Positions 1 to 9,261 of a stretch of 44,545 bases of DNA are shown here, one piece after another. Numbering within the stretch: the first letter of the stretch is position 1; every line of letters starts with the position of its first letter. The position numbers and the translations under genes are program-made. The stretch is from Planctomycetota bacterium (lineage in GTDB: Bacteria > Planctomycetota > UBA1135 > UBA2386). The notes under the pieces were generated by a model. It made no database searches. It was not told the origin of the DNA and worked only from the letters and a program-made list of their open reading frames with translations. The stretch is from contig JBNMND010000003.1 of NCBI GenBank assembly GCA_051274975.1, positions 1-44,545 on the forward strand, given 5' to 3'.

Positions 1-439
1 CGGTGGTGCGGCCTATGCCCATCAAGCCGTAGGCCCATGCCGCCGTGCGATCGTCGATGATGTTCCATGCCCAGTCTTCGACGAGCACGACACCAGTCGG
101 TGACAGCAGCGAGAATGCGGCGGCGCACGCGGCGTCGAGTTCTTCGAGGTGATGCAGCGAACGCGTGAACAGCACGACGTCGAACGGACCCTCGTCGTGT
201 TCTGGTAGTTCGTCGGGGAACGTGCCGACGCGCGCATCAACTCCCTTGTAGCGAGTGGCTGCGACCGCCTCTTCGTCGGAGTCCATCGCTACGACTTGGT
301 GGCCGGCACCGGCTAGCGCTGCGGCGAGGTGCCCTTGGCCAGAGCCGACTTCGAGGATGCGCGCGGAGAGTTGTTCGATGTGTGGTTCCAACCACAGCAT
401 CGTTTCTCGCAGGGGAACGTGATGAGTACGCACGAGCAT
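1..439 (-). CDS. Class I SAM-dependent methyltransferase (3' end runs off the window; absent from ORF track)
   Basis: Manual translation from ATG at 439: MLVRTHHVPLRE...RILEVGSGQGHLAAALAGAGHQVVAMD (motif I)...GPFDVVLFTRSLHHL...LLSPTGVVLVEDW. The frame is open to the window edge. Confidence 0.85.
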   Translation of the reverse strand, partial: MLVRTHHVPLRETMLWLEPHIEQLSARILEVGSGQGHLAAALAGAGHQVVAMDSDEEAVAATRYKGVDARVGTFPDELPEHDEGPFDVVLFTRSLHHLEELDAACAAAFSLLSPTGVVLVEDWAWNIIDDRTAAWAYGLMGIGRTT

Positions 440-674
440 GGTGCGTGATGCTAGCGGGTTGCGCACGCTGACCCAAGTCGATGCGACGTGGTTTGGCCCG
501 GTCGGGTGGCCTGTAGGCACTTTGGAACTAGTAGTGCTTGGCGTCAACGCGCAGATTTCATCGCGTGTGTTGACGGTCACTTCGACCGCGTAGCTGGTCA
601 CTGATTCAGCTTGAGGCCTGTGCGATGTGGTCGCACGTGCTGCGTGTCATTGGGGCCTCCTTCGGCGGTCTGTA

Positions 675-1820
675 TCACCGCGTCATCTGCTGCCAGATCG
701 GACCTTGTCCCGAGTCACCGCTCTCGATGCGCTCGATCGCCAGCCGGATCTGCATGCGGACTTCGAACTCTGGATCCTCCGCCACGGCTCGCAGTGGGGC
801 CAGGCTGCTCTCGTCGCCTGTCTCGAAGAGGAACCGGGCCGCACGCCAGCGAACGAGCCTGTTCGGGTCCTGCAGCGCCTTGGCCATCGGCCCGATGGCC
901 CGGGGATCCGCCAAGTCGGAAAGCGCGTCGCCCGCGGTGCGGCGGACCGCCGCCGTCTCGTCGTCGAGCGCGTCACACAGCGCCGGCACGGCGGCGGGAT
1001 CGCCGGTGAGCCCGAGGTAGACCACCGCCAACCTGCGAATCGAGGACTTGGGATCCTGCAGGGCCTCGGTCAACACTGGAATGTCAGCTGCTGAATTGGG
1101 CGGCCGCGGTGCGAGCCTCGCGAGAGCGGCGTAGCGCACCCGCCAATCCGGATCGTCCGAGAGTTCCCTGACCTGTAAAATCGGTCCATGCTCTTCGTCG
1201 GGTTTCGACTCGCGGGGGGCCGCCCCATCGGCGAGGGCTTGGCTCACGAGTTCCTCGAGCCGCTCGTCATCGAAAGCGCTGTCGATCTCCTCGACGACCT
1301 CCTTCGCGATCTCCGTCAACTCGCCGTAGCGCGCCCCCTGATCGACCCATCTGCGTTCAGCGAGCATGTTCGGCGACGCGGTTGCTGCCCGGTTGACCGC
1401 CCTGGCGAATCGCTCGGGGAGCGCCGCTCGGTGCATCTGCATACCCGCAGAGACCTTCACGAGCATCGGAACGCCGCGGAAGTCCTGCAGCTCGACGCGC
1501 ACCTCGCCGAAGGAGGCGTCGAGTTCCTGTGCGGCCACGGCGACGTCTTCCGGGAGTTCTCCGCCCTCATCGAACGCTTGCCGGGCGCGTGCGAGGATAG
1601 GCTGCCAGTCCGCGCGGGGTTCGCGCTGGATGGCGATGAAGTCTTGCATGTGGAACAGGCTCTTCACCCCCGACACGTTCAGGAGCCTCGCGATGTAGTC
1701 GGGGCAGTCGCCCTTTTCCTCGGCCGTGTAAGTCCGGCTCATGCCCTTGGGCAGACTCTCCCCGAGGTTCAGCTTCATGCTGTTCGGGTTGGGCGTCGGT
1801 TCGATGGAAATCAGCTTCAT
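675..1820 (-). CDS. Conserved virulence factor C (CvfC/YpgR)-like protein: Nfu/NifU N-terminal domain + virulence-factor domain + HEAT repeats
   Basis: Starts MKLISIEPTPNPNSMKL (Nfu_N-like). C-terminal HEAT/PBS repeats (VRRTAGDALSD, VRWRAARFLFE, DPEFEVRMQ) end in GPIWQQMT. GAGGAG SD lies 9 nt upstream. Confidence 0.85.
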   Translation of the reverse strand: MKLISIEPTPNPNSMKLNLGESLPKGMSRTYTAEEKGDCPDYIARLLNVSGVKSLFHMQDFIAIQREPRADWQPILARARQAFDEGGELPEDVAVAAQELDASFGEVRVELQDFRGVPMLVKVSAGMQMHRAALPERFARAVNRAATASPNMLAERRWVDQGARYGELTEIAKEVVEEIDSAFDDERLEELVSQALADGAAPRESKPDEEHGPILQVRELSDDPDWRVRYAALARLAPRPPNSAADIPVLTEALQDPKSSIRRLAVVYLGLTGDPAAVPALCDALDDETAAVRRTAGDALSDLADPRAIGPMAKALQDPNRLVRWRAARFLFETGDESSLAPLRAVAEDPEFEVRMQIRLAIERIESGDSGQGPIWQQMTR

Positions 1821-2086
1821 TACGGAGAACTCCTCTCGACACTCTATTGGATCTGAAGGTAGACGACGAGGCTCGCGACGGCGTTACAGCCGCGGGAAGA
1901 CCCGGTTGCCTGCTGGTGCCGTGTTGCGGATTCGTTTGAGCCCTCTGGCGTTGCGGCGCGAGCTGATGTCCTCAGTGCTCGACGTCGCACCGATGTTTCA
2001 GGACTCCATGGTCGATGTTCTTCGGCGGCATGTCGCTGGCGCGACCGGCGCCGCGAGCAACGAGTGGGGCGTCCTGATGCTGTGAT

Positions 2087-3061
2087 CTAAGATGGCCGCA
2101 GTGCGACCGTATCTAAACGCGCCTGCGACTCGGTCCAGTGGTGTTTGTATTCCATCAGCGGGCCCATGTCGTAGCGGGCGACGCCTTCTTCGCAGAGCCA
2201 TCGCAGCTGCTCGAGCTGCATCACATTGCCAAGTGACGCTGCGCGCCAGTCCTCGGCGAAGCTGAATTGCTGGCCGCGGTAGACGTTGTCTTGGGCGTTG
2301 GGCCCACACAATCCGCCGAAGATGAAGCCGATGTCGGTGCCTCCGTGGCATGCGAACATCACGCGGCCGCAGCCACTGACGGCCATGCGGCGCAGCATCA
2401 CGGAGTAGAACTGCAGCGAGGGTGGTTTGCTCATGCCGCAGTCGCCGAGGCCCTTCCAGCTGCGGTCTTCGACGGCGATGATGCGGGCGTAGACGGCGTC
2501 CGATTCGGCTTTTGTGGTGGGTTGGTGGCGTTCGAAGGTTACGCCGCGATCATGGGCGCGGCGTGCTGCACTGCGGGCGCCGCGACGGGTCTTCGCCGAG
2601 CGCCGCGACAGGTAGCCGTCGAGCCCGCCCTCGAGCGATGCGCGGCAGGTTGTTTCCGTGGCGATGTGCAGCAAGTCGTAGCTAGCCCCAAAAGCTTCGT
2701 TGAGCACGGGCACGACTGGGCCTTCGATATCCATGCCGCTGAGCAGCACGGTTGCCTTCGCGTGCGATTTAAGCAGTTGCGCCAACATCGGCACAGCGTC
2801 GGGGCCAAGCAGCGGGCAGCCGAACAGCCAGCTCGATTCGACCGGCTCGAGCAATTGACCAGAAGGCGTCTTCTCATGCAGCGCGAACGAGATCACGCTG
2901 TCTTCGTAGGCAGCAATACACAGGTCGCGATTCGGAGCGAACGCCTCGTGAAACGACAGTTGCCACTCGGTTCGGCAGCAGAACGGATCGCCGTGCGCCA
3001 TGATGTCGACGGCGCGGTTCCATACGGAGTCTGGGTGGTCGTAATCTAGCAGGCTCGCCAT
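2087..3061 (-). CDS. GNAT-family N-acetyltransferase (CelD/BcsL-like)
   Basis: GGLDGYLSRRSAKTRR, VEDRSWKG, SLGNVMQLEQLRWLCEEGVARYDMG...YKHHW are typical of this GNAT subgroup. ATG 3061 chosen over the TTG start in the track. Confidence 0.75.
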   Translation of the reverse strand: MASLLDYDHPDSVWNRAVDIMAHGDPFCCRTEWQLSFHEAFAPNRDLCIAAYEDSVISFALHEKTPSGQLLEPVESSWLFGCPLLGPDAVPMLAQLLKSHAKATVLLSGMDIEGPVVPVLNEAFGASYDLLHIATETTCRASLEGGLDGYLSRRSAKTRRGARSAARRAHDRGVTFERHQPTTKAESDAVYARIIAVEDRSWKGLGDCGMSKPPSLQFYSVMLRRMAVSGCGRVMFACHGGTDIGFIFGGLCGPNAQDNVYRGQQFSFAEDWRAASLGNVMQLEQLRWLCEEGVARYDMGPLMEYKHHWTESQARLDTVALRPS

Positions 3062-3135
3062 GGTCAGTGCACACCAGTCAATAGCGTGAATCTGGTGGGC
3101 TCGCCAGCAGCCAGTCAAACTGGCGCCGCGGGCGT

Positions 3136-3188
3136 GACCTGCGTGGCAGGTCTGAGTTAGGGCGGGTTGCCGAGCAAGTCAGCAACCC
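3136..3188 (-). terminator. Two tandem hairpins downstream of the DUF2911-like gene (possible terminator or stability element)
   Basis: GACCTGC-GTG-GCAGGTC at 3136-3152 and GGGTTGCCGA-GCAAG-TCAGCAACCC at 3164-3188, just after a double TAG stop. No U-tract. Confidence 0.4.
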
Positions 3189-3197
3189 AGCGTCCTA

Positions 3198-3728
3198 CTA
3201 CTCCTTCTTGGCCTTGACGGTGACCGGCACGGAGACCGCCTTGTCGCCGAACGTGATGGCGATCGCGCAAGCGTCATCCTTGTCGGACGGCTCGATGCTG
3301 ATCTTCATGCACGCGCTCTTGGTGGCGGTGTCCTTGAGGCGCATGCCCCACATGATCGACTCGCCTTCGGCGGGCTTCAGGTTGAGCAACCAGCCAGCGC
3401 GCTCGTGCAGCGTGAAGAACATCGAGTAGCTGCCAGCCGGGATCGTGCGGCCAGCGGCCATCAGATCGCACGACGTGGTGACACTGCCGATCGGCTTCTT
3501 GGCGGCGAACTTGTTGAAGCTCTCGTAGCCTTCCTTGTTGTCCTTGGACTCCTGCCACTTGCCGTCGCCGAAGCGGATGGCGGTGTAGGTGACCGAGACC
3601 TTGTTCTTGCCCATTTCGATGGCGTTGGTGACCTTGGCCGCGTTGCGGTTGAGGCTGCCGCCGATTTGAGCTTGCAGGCCACACGTCATGAGTGCGGCGC
3701 AGGTGAGAGCGATTACAGACTTCATCAT
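3198..3728 (-). CDS. Secreted DUF2911-like protein
   Basis: Signal peptide (MKSVIALTCAALMTCGLQAQ). VSVTY...TTSCDLMAAGRTIPAGSYSMF resembles the DUF2911 core. AAAGGA SD. Confidence 0.65.
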   Translation of the reverse strand: MMKSVIALTCAALMTCGLQAQIGGSLNRNAAKVTNAIEMGKNKVSVTYTAIRFGDGKWQESKDNKEGYESFNKFAAKKPIGSVTTSCDLMAAGRTIPAGSYSMFFTLHERAGWLLNLKPAEGESIMWGMRLKDTATKSACMKISIEPSDKDDACAIAITFGDKAVSVPVTVKAKKE

Positions 3729-3998
3729 TATTGTTCCTTTCGTTGACTTATGTGGTCGAACTGGTCGGACGAGTCTAGCGATCCCGTCGCGCCGATTGCC
3801 CGAATCCTTACGATTGGTGGGCAGCGATTCGAGCTACTTTTTTGGGAACCCATCAGTGCAACTTCGTAGGCGGCGGGCTTAGAGCCACTGCCTGCGGCAT
3901 CCGACCCTGGAATTGTGGCAGGCGTGTCTCAGGGTGATCGCTGCTTACGGCCGGACTGGCGATGGGCGGCCGGCGAGAGTTTTGCTCGCGGGCAGGCC

Positions 3999-4871
3999 TT
4001 ACAGCCCGCGTTGCCAGTCTGGCCGCAGTGGCACGTCGCCGTTCAACGCGCCATCAATCGCGGCAACGATGTCGTTGCGGTCGCGCGGCAATCGTCCCGC
4101 AATCGGCAGGCGGTTCGAAGCGTGGTTGGTGCGGAAGATCGAGTCTGCCGGATTGGCGTTCGACACGAACGTGCGCAGCTCGCGCAGCGTCGTTGGAATG
4201 TCGGGCATCGTGAACAGGCCCTTCTCTTCGGCGCGCGCGATCGGTGTGCCTGGCACGACCGTCAACGTCAGGGCTGACAAGAAGCGAGGGTTCATCGCCG
4301 TGGCGAGTTCGGCCGACGCGAGCGCATGCTCTTGGCTGCGCTCGATGCCGCCGGCGCCGAGCAAGAAAATCACCGACGTTTTCATGCCAGCCGCGTGCGC
4401 GCGCTGCGCCGCTTCGACGTGGTCTTGTGCGGTGCTGCCCTTGGCGATGCGCTTCAAGGTTGGGTCGTCGCCACTCTCCGGACCGATGTAGAGCTGCGTC
4501 AGTCCTGATGTGCACAACTCGGTCAGTTCTGCTTCGCTCTTCTCAAGGATGTTGCTCGCCATCGCATAGCACGATACGCGTCGCAGCGATGGGAACGCGT
4601 TCTTGCACGCGGCGAGGATCGTGCGCCATGACGCCATGTCGAGGATCAGCGCGTCGCCATCGGCTACGAAGACCTTCTGCACATCTGAGCCGTAGGTCGC
4701 GCCGGCCAACGTGATGTCGGCCAGCACTTCCTCCATCGAGCGCACCACGAACTTCTTGTCGCGGTACATGTCGCAGTACGTGCACTTGTTCCAGCTGCAG
4801 CCGATCGTGGCCTGCAGGATGTAAGCGTCCGCCTCGCTCGGCGGCCGATAGATTTTGCCTTCGTAGCGCAT
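3999..4871 (-). CDS. Radical SAM protein
   Basis: MRYEGKIYRPPSE...ATIGCSWNKCTYC (CxxxCxxC), VFVADGDAL, YIGPESG, FRTNHASN. ATG 4871 lies 5 nt after the upstream stop. Confidence 0.9.
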   Translation of the reverse strand: MRYEGKIYRPPSEADAYILQATIGCSWNKCTYCDMYRDKKFVVRSMEEVLADITLAGATYGSDVQKVFVADGDALILDMASWRTILAACKNAFPSLRRVSCYAMASNILEKSEAELTELCTSGLTQLYIGPESGDDPTLKRIAKGSTAQDHVEAAQRAHAAGMKTSVIFLLGAGGIERSQEHALASAELATAMNPRFLSALTLTVVPGTPIARAEEKGLFTMPDIPTTLRELRTFVSNANPADSIFRTNHASNRLPIAGRLPRDRNDIVAAIDGALNGDVPLRPDWQRGL

Positions 4872-4876
4872 GCGAA

Positions 4877-6868
4877 CTACTTGCGGCCGCTCCAGCGCAG
4901 CATCTGATCGGCGAGGTCGCGGCAATGCATCGTCTTGACATCGATGACCTTGCCGCCAGCGTCCTTGACGAGTTGCAGTTCGGGTTGCACGAAGCCGGTG
5001 ACCGATGGCAGGCCGAGTTTCTCGATGCGGGTGATGACTTCCTTGTGAAGCGTCGGATCGATCTTGACGGCGTACTTCTCAACCAGCGCCTTGCCAGCCT
5101 TGAAGTCGCCTTCGGCCTTGATCCGCATGAGCTCGGCGAGCAGTTTGCCCGAGCCTTCGCGGAACTTGTCGGCCGAAGTGACGACGTAGAACGTGCGGCC
5201 GTCCTTCTTTTTGACCTCGACGCCACCGTCGTGCTCGAGCAACCACAGCACGATTAGTTGGCGGTTGCGCATGTGGTCCTCTTCGACGCGCTCGCCGAGC
5301 GGTACGCGGCGCAGTTGCACCAGTGCGTTGCGCGCGTAGGCCTCATACTTGGCCAGCACGGCTTGGTCGTTCGGCACGAAGCCGAGGTCCTTCATCTTCT
5401 GGTCGGCGATCCAGTAGAGGCCAACCAGGTCGGCACGGCCTTCTTCGAGCGTGCTGTAGAACAGGCCCAAACGCTGTGCCGGGTTCTTGATCTCGGGCAT
5501 CAACTGGCCTGACGCGTGGCCGACGACTTCGTGCAGGTTGGTGTGCATGTCGTCCATCGCCGATGAGTAGAGGCGAGCGCGTGCTTCCTCTTCCGTCGTA
5601 AACGAGAACTCACCGAGACTGCCGGACGCCTTCACGGAGTTATAGGTCTCGACGATGTTGGCGAGGTTGACCGACTTGCTGCCGTATTCCTGGCGCACGT
5701 CGGCTTCGTTCGGCAGGTTGATGCCGATCGGCGTGATCGGGCCACTGTCGCCGGTCTCCATGACGACCGAGATCGCGCGCGCCGAGATACCCTTGACGTC
5801 CTTCTTCTTGTACTTCTCTTCCCACGGCATGCGCGCTTCAAACCACGGCGCTTCGAGCGCGAGCTTGGCGATGTTGCGGGTCTTGATCTCGTCGCGGAAG
5901 CTGACGACCGATTCCCACGAACCCTTCATGCCGCGCGCGTCGACGTAGACTTCGATGAAGCCGAGGATGAAGTCGATCGTCGAGTCGTTGTCCTGGACCC
6001 ACGCGATGTTGAACTCGCGCCAGTCATCCATGCTGCCGGTCTCGTTGTATCGGATCAGGTTGGTGATGGCTTTCTTGGTTGGCACCGGCGCGTATTGCAG
6101 TGCCTTCTTCAGTTCGACGTTGATCGCCGAGATCTCCTTGGCGTAGCGGCCAGGCGGGATGCTCTTGCCGTCACCGCAGCGGTAGATCTCTTCGAACAAC
6201 TTGCCGTCGCGCTTGACGAGTCGCGAGTTGAGGCCGTTCTTCTCGACGAAGCCTTCGAGGTCGGCCGTCGTGACGCCGGAGTAGAGGTTGTTGCAACTCG
6301 CAGCAACCGGGTCGTTGCCGTGCTCGGTGCTCTTGTTGGTTACCGACACGTAGGTCGTCGGGTCGGTCATGATCTGCCACGCGTGCTCAAGGTTGCGCAT
6401 TGGCGCGAGTTCCTTGGCCGTCATGTTATGGCCGTTATTTTGGGCCACTGCGCATGCGTCGGCGAACTGCTTGAGTGTCAGGCGCAGTGGTGCCTTCTTG
6501 GTCGTTAAGTTGTCGTGGATGCCAGAGTGCACCCAGAACAGCTTGCAGTAGCGCGTGACCTCTTCGTTGACGTCGGTCGGCAGTTCGTCGCGGACCAGCC
6601 ACAGGGATTCGAGCACCCAGCGCAACCCGAGCGTGAACTCAAAGCGTTGGTCGAGGTAGATATCTCGGCCAGCGATTGCCGCTTGCGACAGGTGGTAGGC
6701 CAACATCTTGTCGTCGTGGCTCAGCGCCTCGAAGCCATCGGCATACAATTGCACGACGACGGTGTTGTCGACGCGGTCGAGTTGGTAGTCGCGTGGGGCA
6801 GGCGCAGAGTTGCACGCGGCAACGAGCAGCAGCGCGGCCAGGGACAGTCGGGGCGTTGGCTTCTTCAT
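4877..6868 (-). CDS. Dipeptidyl-peptidase III (M49), probable lipoprotein
   Basis: HEVVGH hexapeptide zinc motif, LEEGRADL, PIGINLPN. Lipobox-like LLVAAC. Confidence 0.9.
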   Translation of the reverse strand: MKKPTPRLSLAALLLVAACNSAPAPRDYQLDRVDNTVVVQLYADGFEALSHDDKMLAYHLSQAAIAGRDIYLDQRFEFTLGLRWVLESLWLVRDELPTDVNEEVTRYCKLFWVHSGIHDNLTTKKAPLRLTLKQFADACAVAQNNGHNMTAKELAPMRNLEHAWQIMTDPTTYVSVTNKSTEHGNDPVAASCNNLYSGVTTADLEGFVEKNGLNSRLVKRDGKLFEEIYRCGDGKSIPPGRYAKEISAINVELKKALQYAPVPTKKAITNLIRYNETGSMDDWREFNIAWVQDNDSTIDFILGFIEVYVDARGMKGSWESVVSFRDEIKTRNIAKLALEAPWFEARMPWEEKYKKKDVKGISARAISVVMETGDSGPITPIGINLPNEADVRQEYGSKSVNLANIVETYNSVKASGSLGEFSFTTEEEARARLYSSAMDDMHTNLHEVVGHASGQLMPEIKNPAQRLGLFYSTLEEGRADLVGLYWIADQKMKDLGFVPNDQAVLAKYEAYARNALVQLRRVPLGERVEEDHMRNRQLIVLWLLEHDGGVEVKKKDGRTFYVVTSADKFREGSGKLLAELMRIKAEGDFKAGKALVEKYAVKIDPTLHKEVITRIEKLGLPSVTGFVQPELQLVKDAGGKVIDVKTMHCRDLADQMLRWSGRK

Positions 6869-6990
6869 AGCTAGGATCTCGAAAACGGGCGCGGCAGCAT
6901 ACCCGGCCGCGCGGTGAGATCTCGCATCGGCTGCGGTAGTCGTGCAGTTGCGCCTTTGGGCCGATGCGGATTGCGAGCTAAGCTACCCGC

Positions 6991-7752
6991 ATGACCGAAC
7001 CCGCGGATCTGCTCGTCGTCGATGAGCTTCGCTACAGCTATGGCGAACGTGTAGCGGTGAAATCCGCCAGTTTGACGTGTCGTCGTGGCGAGATTCTGGG
7101 CCTGCTCGGACCGAACGGGGCGGGCAAGACGACATTGCTGTCCTGTATCGCCGGGCTGCTGACGGGCTTCGGCGGCAAGTTGACGTTCGATGGCAAGCCG
7201 TTCCTGCCGGCCGACGATGCGGGCAGTCGCGCGCGGCTTGGCTTGGTGCCGCAGGAGTTGGCGCTCTACTCGGAGATGACCGCGAAGGAGAACCTAGCCT
7301 TCTTCGCGCGCATGCAGGGTGTGCCGTCAGCCAACGTCGCGGCGGCCGTGCAGCGTGGACTCGATCTTTCGGGCTTGGTTGACCGCAAAGACGATCGCGT
7401 GTCGAGCTACTCCGGCGGCATGAAGCGGCGACTCAATCTGGCGGTCGGTGACATGCACGCCCCCGACCTGTTGTTGCTCGATGAACCAACGACTGGTGTT
7501 GATCCACAATCGCGTAACCACCTGTTCGAATGTTTGCTGGGTCTACGCGAGCAGGGACGAACCATGATCTACACGTCGCACTATATGGAAGAGGTGCAGC
7601 GATTGTGTGACCGCATCGTCATCGTCAACGAAGGCGTTGTCATTGGTGTGGGCACGACTGAAGAGCTGTGCAAGCAAGCTGGCTCCGCCGAAGGAAACCT
7701 CGAACAGGCCTTCCTGGCCATGACGGGTCGTTCGCTGAGGGATGAATCATGA
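6991..7752 (+). CDS. ABC-2 type exporter ATP-binding protein
   Basis: Walker A GPNGAGKT, signature YSGGMKRR, Walker B LLLDEPT, SHYMEE. Confidence 0.95.
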   Translation: MTEPADLLVVDELRYSYGERVAVKSASLTCRRGEILGLLGPNGAGKTTLLSCIAGLLTGFGGKLTFDGKPFLPADDAGSRARLGLVPQELALYSEMTAKENLAFFARMQGVPSANVAAAVQRGLDLSGLVDRKDDRVSSYSGGMKRRLNLAVGDMHAPDLLLLDEPTTGVDPQSRNHLFECLLGLREQGRTMIYTSHYMEEVQRLCDRIVIVNEGVVIGVGTTEELCKQAGSAEGNLEQAFLAMTGRSLRDES

Positions 7753-9095
7753 ACACTTGGTCCGCCGCTGTTCTGATCGCTCGCAAAGACATCAACCTCT
7801 ATCGGCGCGACCGCACCGGGTTACTGCTCGGCTTGTTGTTGCCGATCTTGTTGGTGGCCGTCTTTGGCTCGGTAATGAAGTTTGCGTTTGGTGGCGAGGG
7901 CGGCATTCCGCGCGTCACCATTTGGGTTTGCGATGAAGACGACACTGCGGCGAGCCAGAAGTTCATCGCTGCGTTGCGTGAAGTGTCGATGCTGAGCGTG
8001 CAGCCGCGCGTCAAGCAAGAGGCACGAACGGCCGAGGATCTGCGTTCGTTGGTCGTAGACGGCGAGGCGCACCATGCGTTGGTTGTCGGGAAGGGGTTTG
8101 GGGAAGCGCTCGCAAACGCCACCGAACCGCAGTTGACGTTGGTTCGAGATCCGGGCCGGCACATGGAATCTCGCTTGATCGGTATCGGCTTGATGCAGGC
8201 GATGATGTCGGCTGGCGATGGCAAGAGCATGTCCTGGATGATGGGCAGCATGATGCAGCGCTTTGGCATGAGCGACGAAGGTGTCGATCGCATGCGCACC
8301 GGGATGGATGTCATACAGAACCTCATTGGCATGTTCGCCAGTGGTAGCGAGCCGAAGTTGCGTGCGCCGGATGCTGGCGACGTCGACACCAAGCGCATCG
8401 ACATGACGTCGATGTTTGAGCAGATGGTGCCGGTCACCAAGGAAGACGTCTCCCCGCCGGCTCGACCCAAGAACCTGGGTTTCCAATTGGCGCAGAGTGT
8501 CTCGGGTATGACCGTGATGATGTTGATGTTCGGCTTGATGGCCTGCAGCAGCATGTTGCTGATTGAGCGCGATCAAGGCACGTTGCGGCGGTTGTTGGTT
8601 AGTCGTGCGCCGCGCCACGCTGTGTTGCTTGGCAAGTTCTTGTTCTGCTTCATCGTCGGCATGATCCAGTTGCTCGTGCTGTTTGCGTTCGGCGAGCTGG
8701 TCTTCTCGATCGGTGCGTTCCGCGATCCGTTGACCCTGTTGGCGTTGTCGGTCACGTGGGCTGCTGCAGCGACGAGCTTCGGCATCCTTATTTCGGTTTG
8801 GGCCAAGACCGCCAAGCAGGCTGAAGGCGTGTCGACACTGCTGATCCTGGTGATGGCCGCGCTCGGTGGCTGCTGGTTCCCAATCCAGATGGCCGACCTG
8901 CCGTGGTATGGCGAAGTGATCACGCGCTCGACGTTGACCTACTGGGCGATGGAGGGCTTCCAAGGCATGTTCTGGCACCAGAAGTCCTGGACGGATCCGG
9001 TCATGCTGCGATCGATGGGTGTGCTGTGGGGCTTCGTTGTGATCGCCGGTGGCTTGTCATGGCGGTTGTGGCGCCGCCGCTTCGTCGGGACCTAG
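7749..9095 (+). CDS. ABC-2 type exporter permease
   Basis: ATGA overlap with the ATPase. One N-terminal TM, a large loop, then a TM bundle with ERDQGTLRRLL and LGGCWFP. Confidence 0.92.
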   Translation: MNTWSAAVLIARKDINLYRRDRTGLLLGLLLPILLVAVFGSVMKFAFGGEGGIPRVTIWVCDEDDTAASQKFIAALREVSMLSVQPRVKQEARTAEDLRSLVVDGEAHHALVVGKGFGEALANATEPQLTLVRDPGRHMESRLIGIGLMQAMMSAGDGKSMSWMMGSMMQRFGMSDEGVDRMRTGMDVIQNLIGMFASGSEPKLRAPDAGDVDTKRIDMTSMFEQMVPVTKEDVSPPARPKNLGFQLAQSVSGMTVMMLMFGLMACSSMLLIERDQGTLRRLLVSRAPRHAVLLGKFLFCFIVGMIQLLVLFAFGELVFSIGAFRDPLTLLALSVTWAAAATSFGILISVWAKTAKQAEGVSTLLILVMAALGGCWFPIQMADLPWYGEVITRSTLTYWAMEGFQGMFWHQKSWTDPVMLRSMGVLWGFVVIAGGLSWRLWRRRFVGT

Positions 9096-9261
9096 TTGGT
9101 AGCGGTTTCTTTGGCGGCAGTTTGCGCAGAGCGGCAAGCGTCGCGCGGAGATACGGCACAAACGGTGCGAATGGAGAACTGGTCGGGCGGTTGTGAGTGT
9201 GGCGTTTTCGATATGCTCGCCCGCGACACCTAACCAGAACCCCTCACTGGAGATTGCCACC

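Noticed and set aside
3198-9095. RiPP-like cluster (radical SAM + peptidase + ABC exporter)
   Set aside because: No precursor peptide, RRE or SPASM domain seen. The peptidase is an exported DPP III and the ABC genes are divergent.
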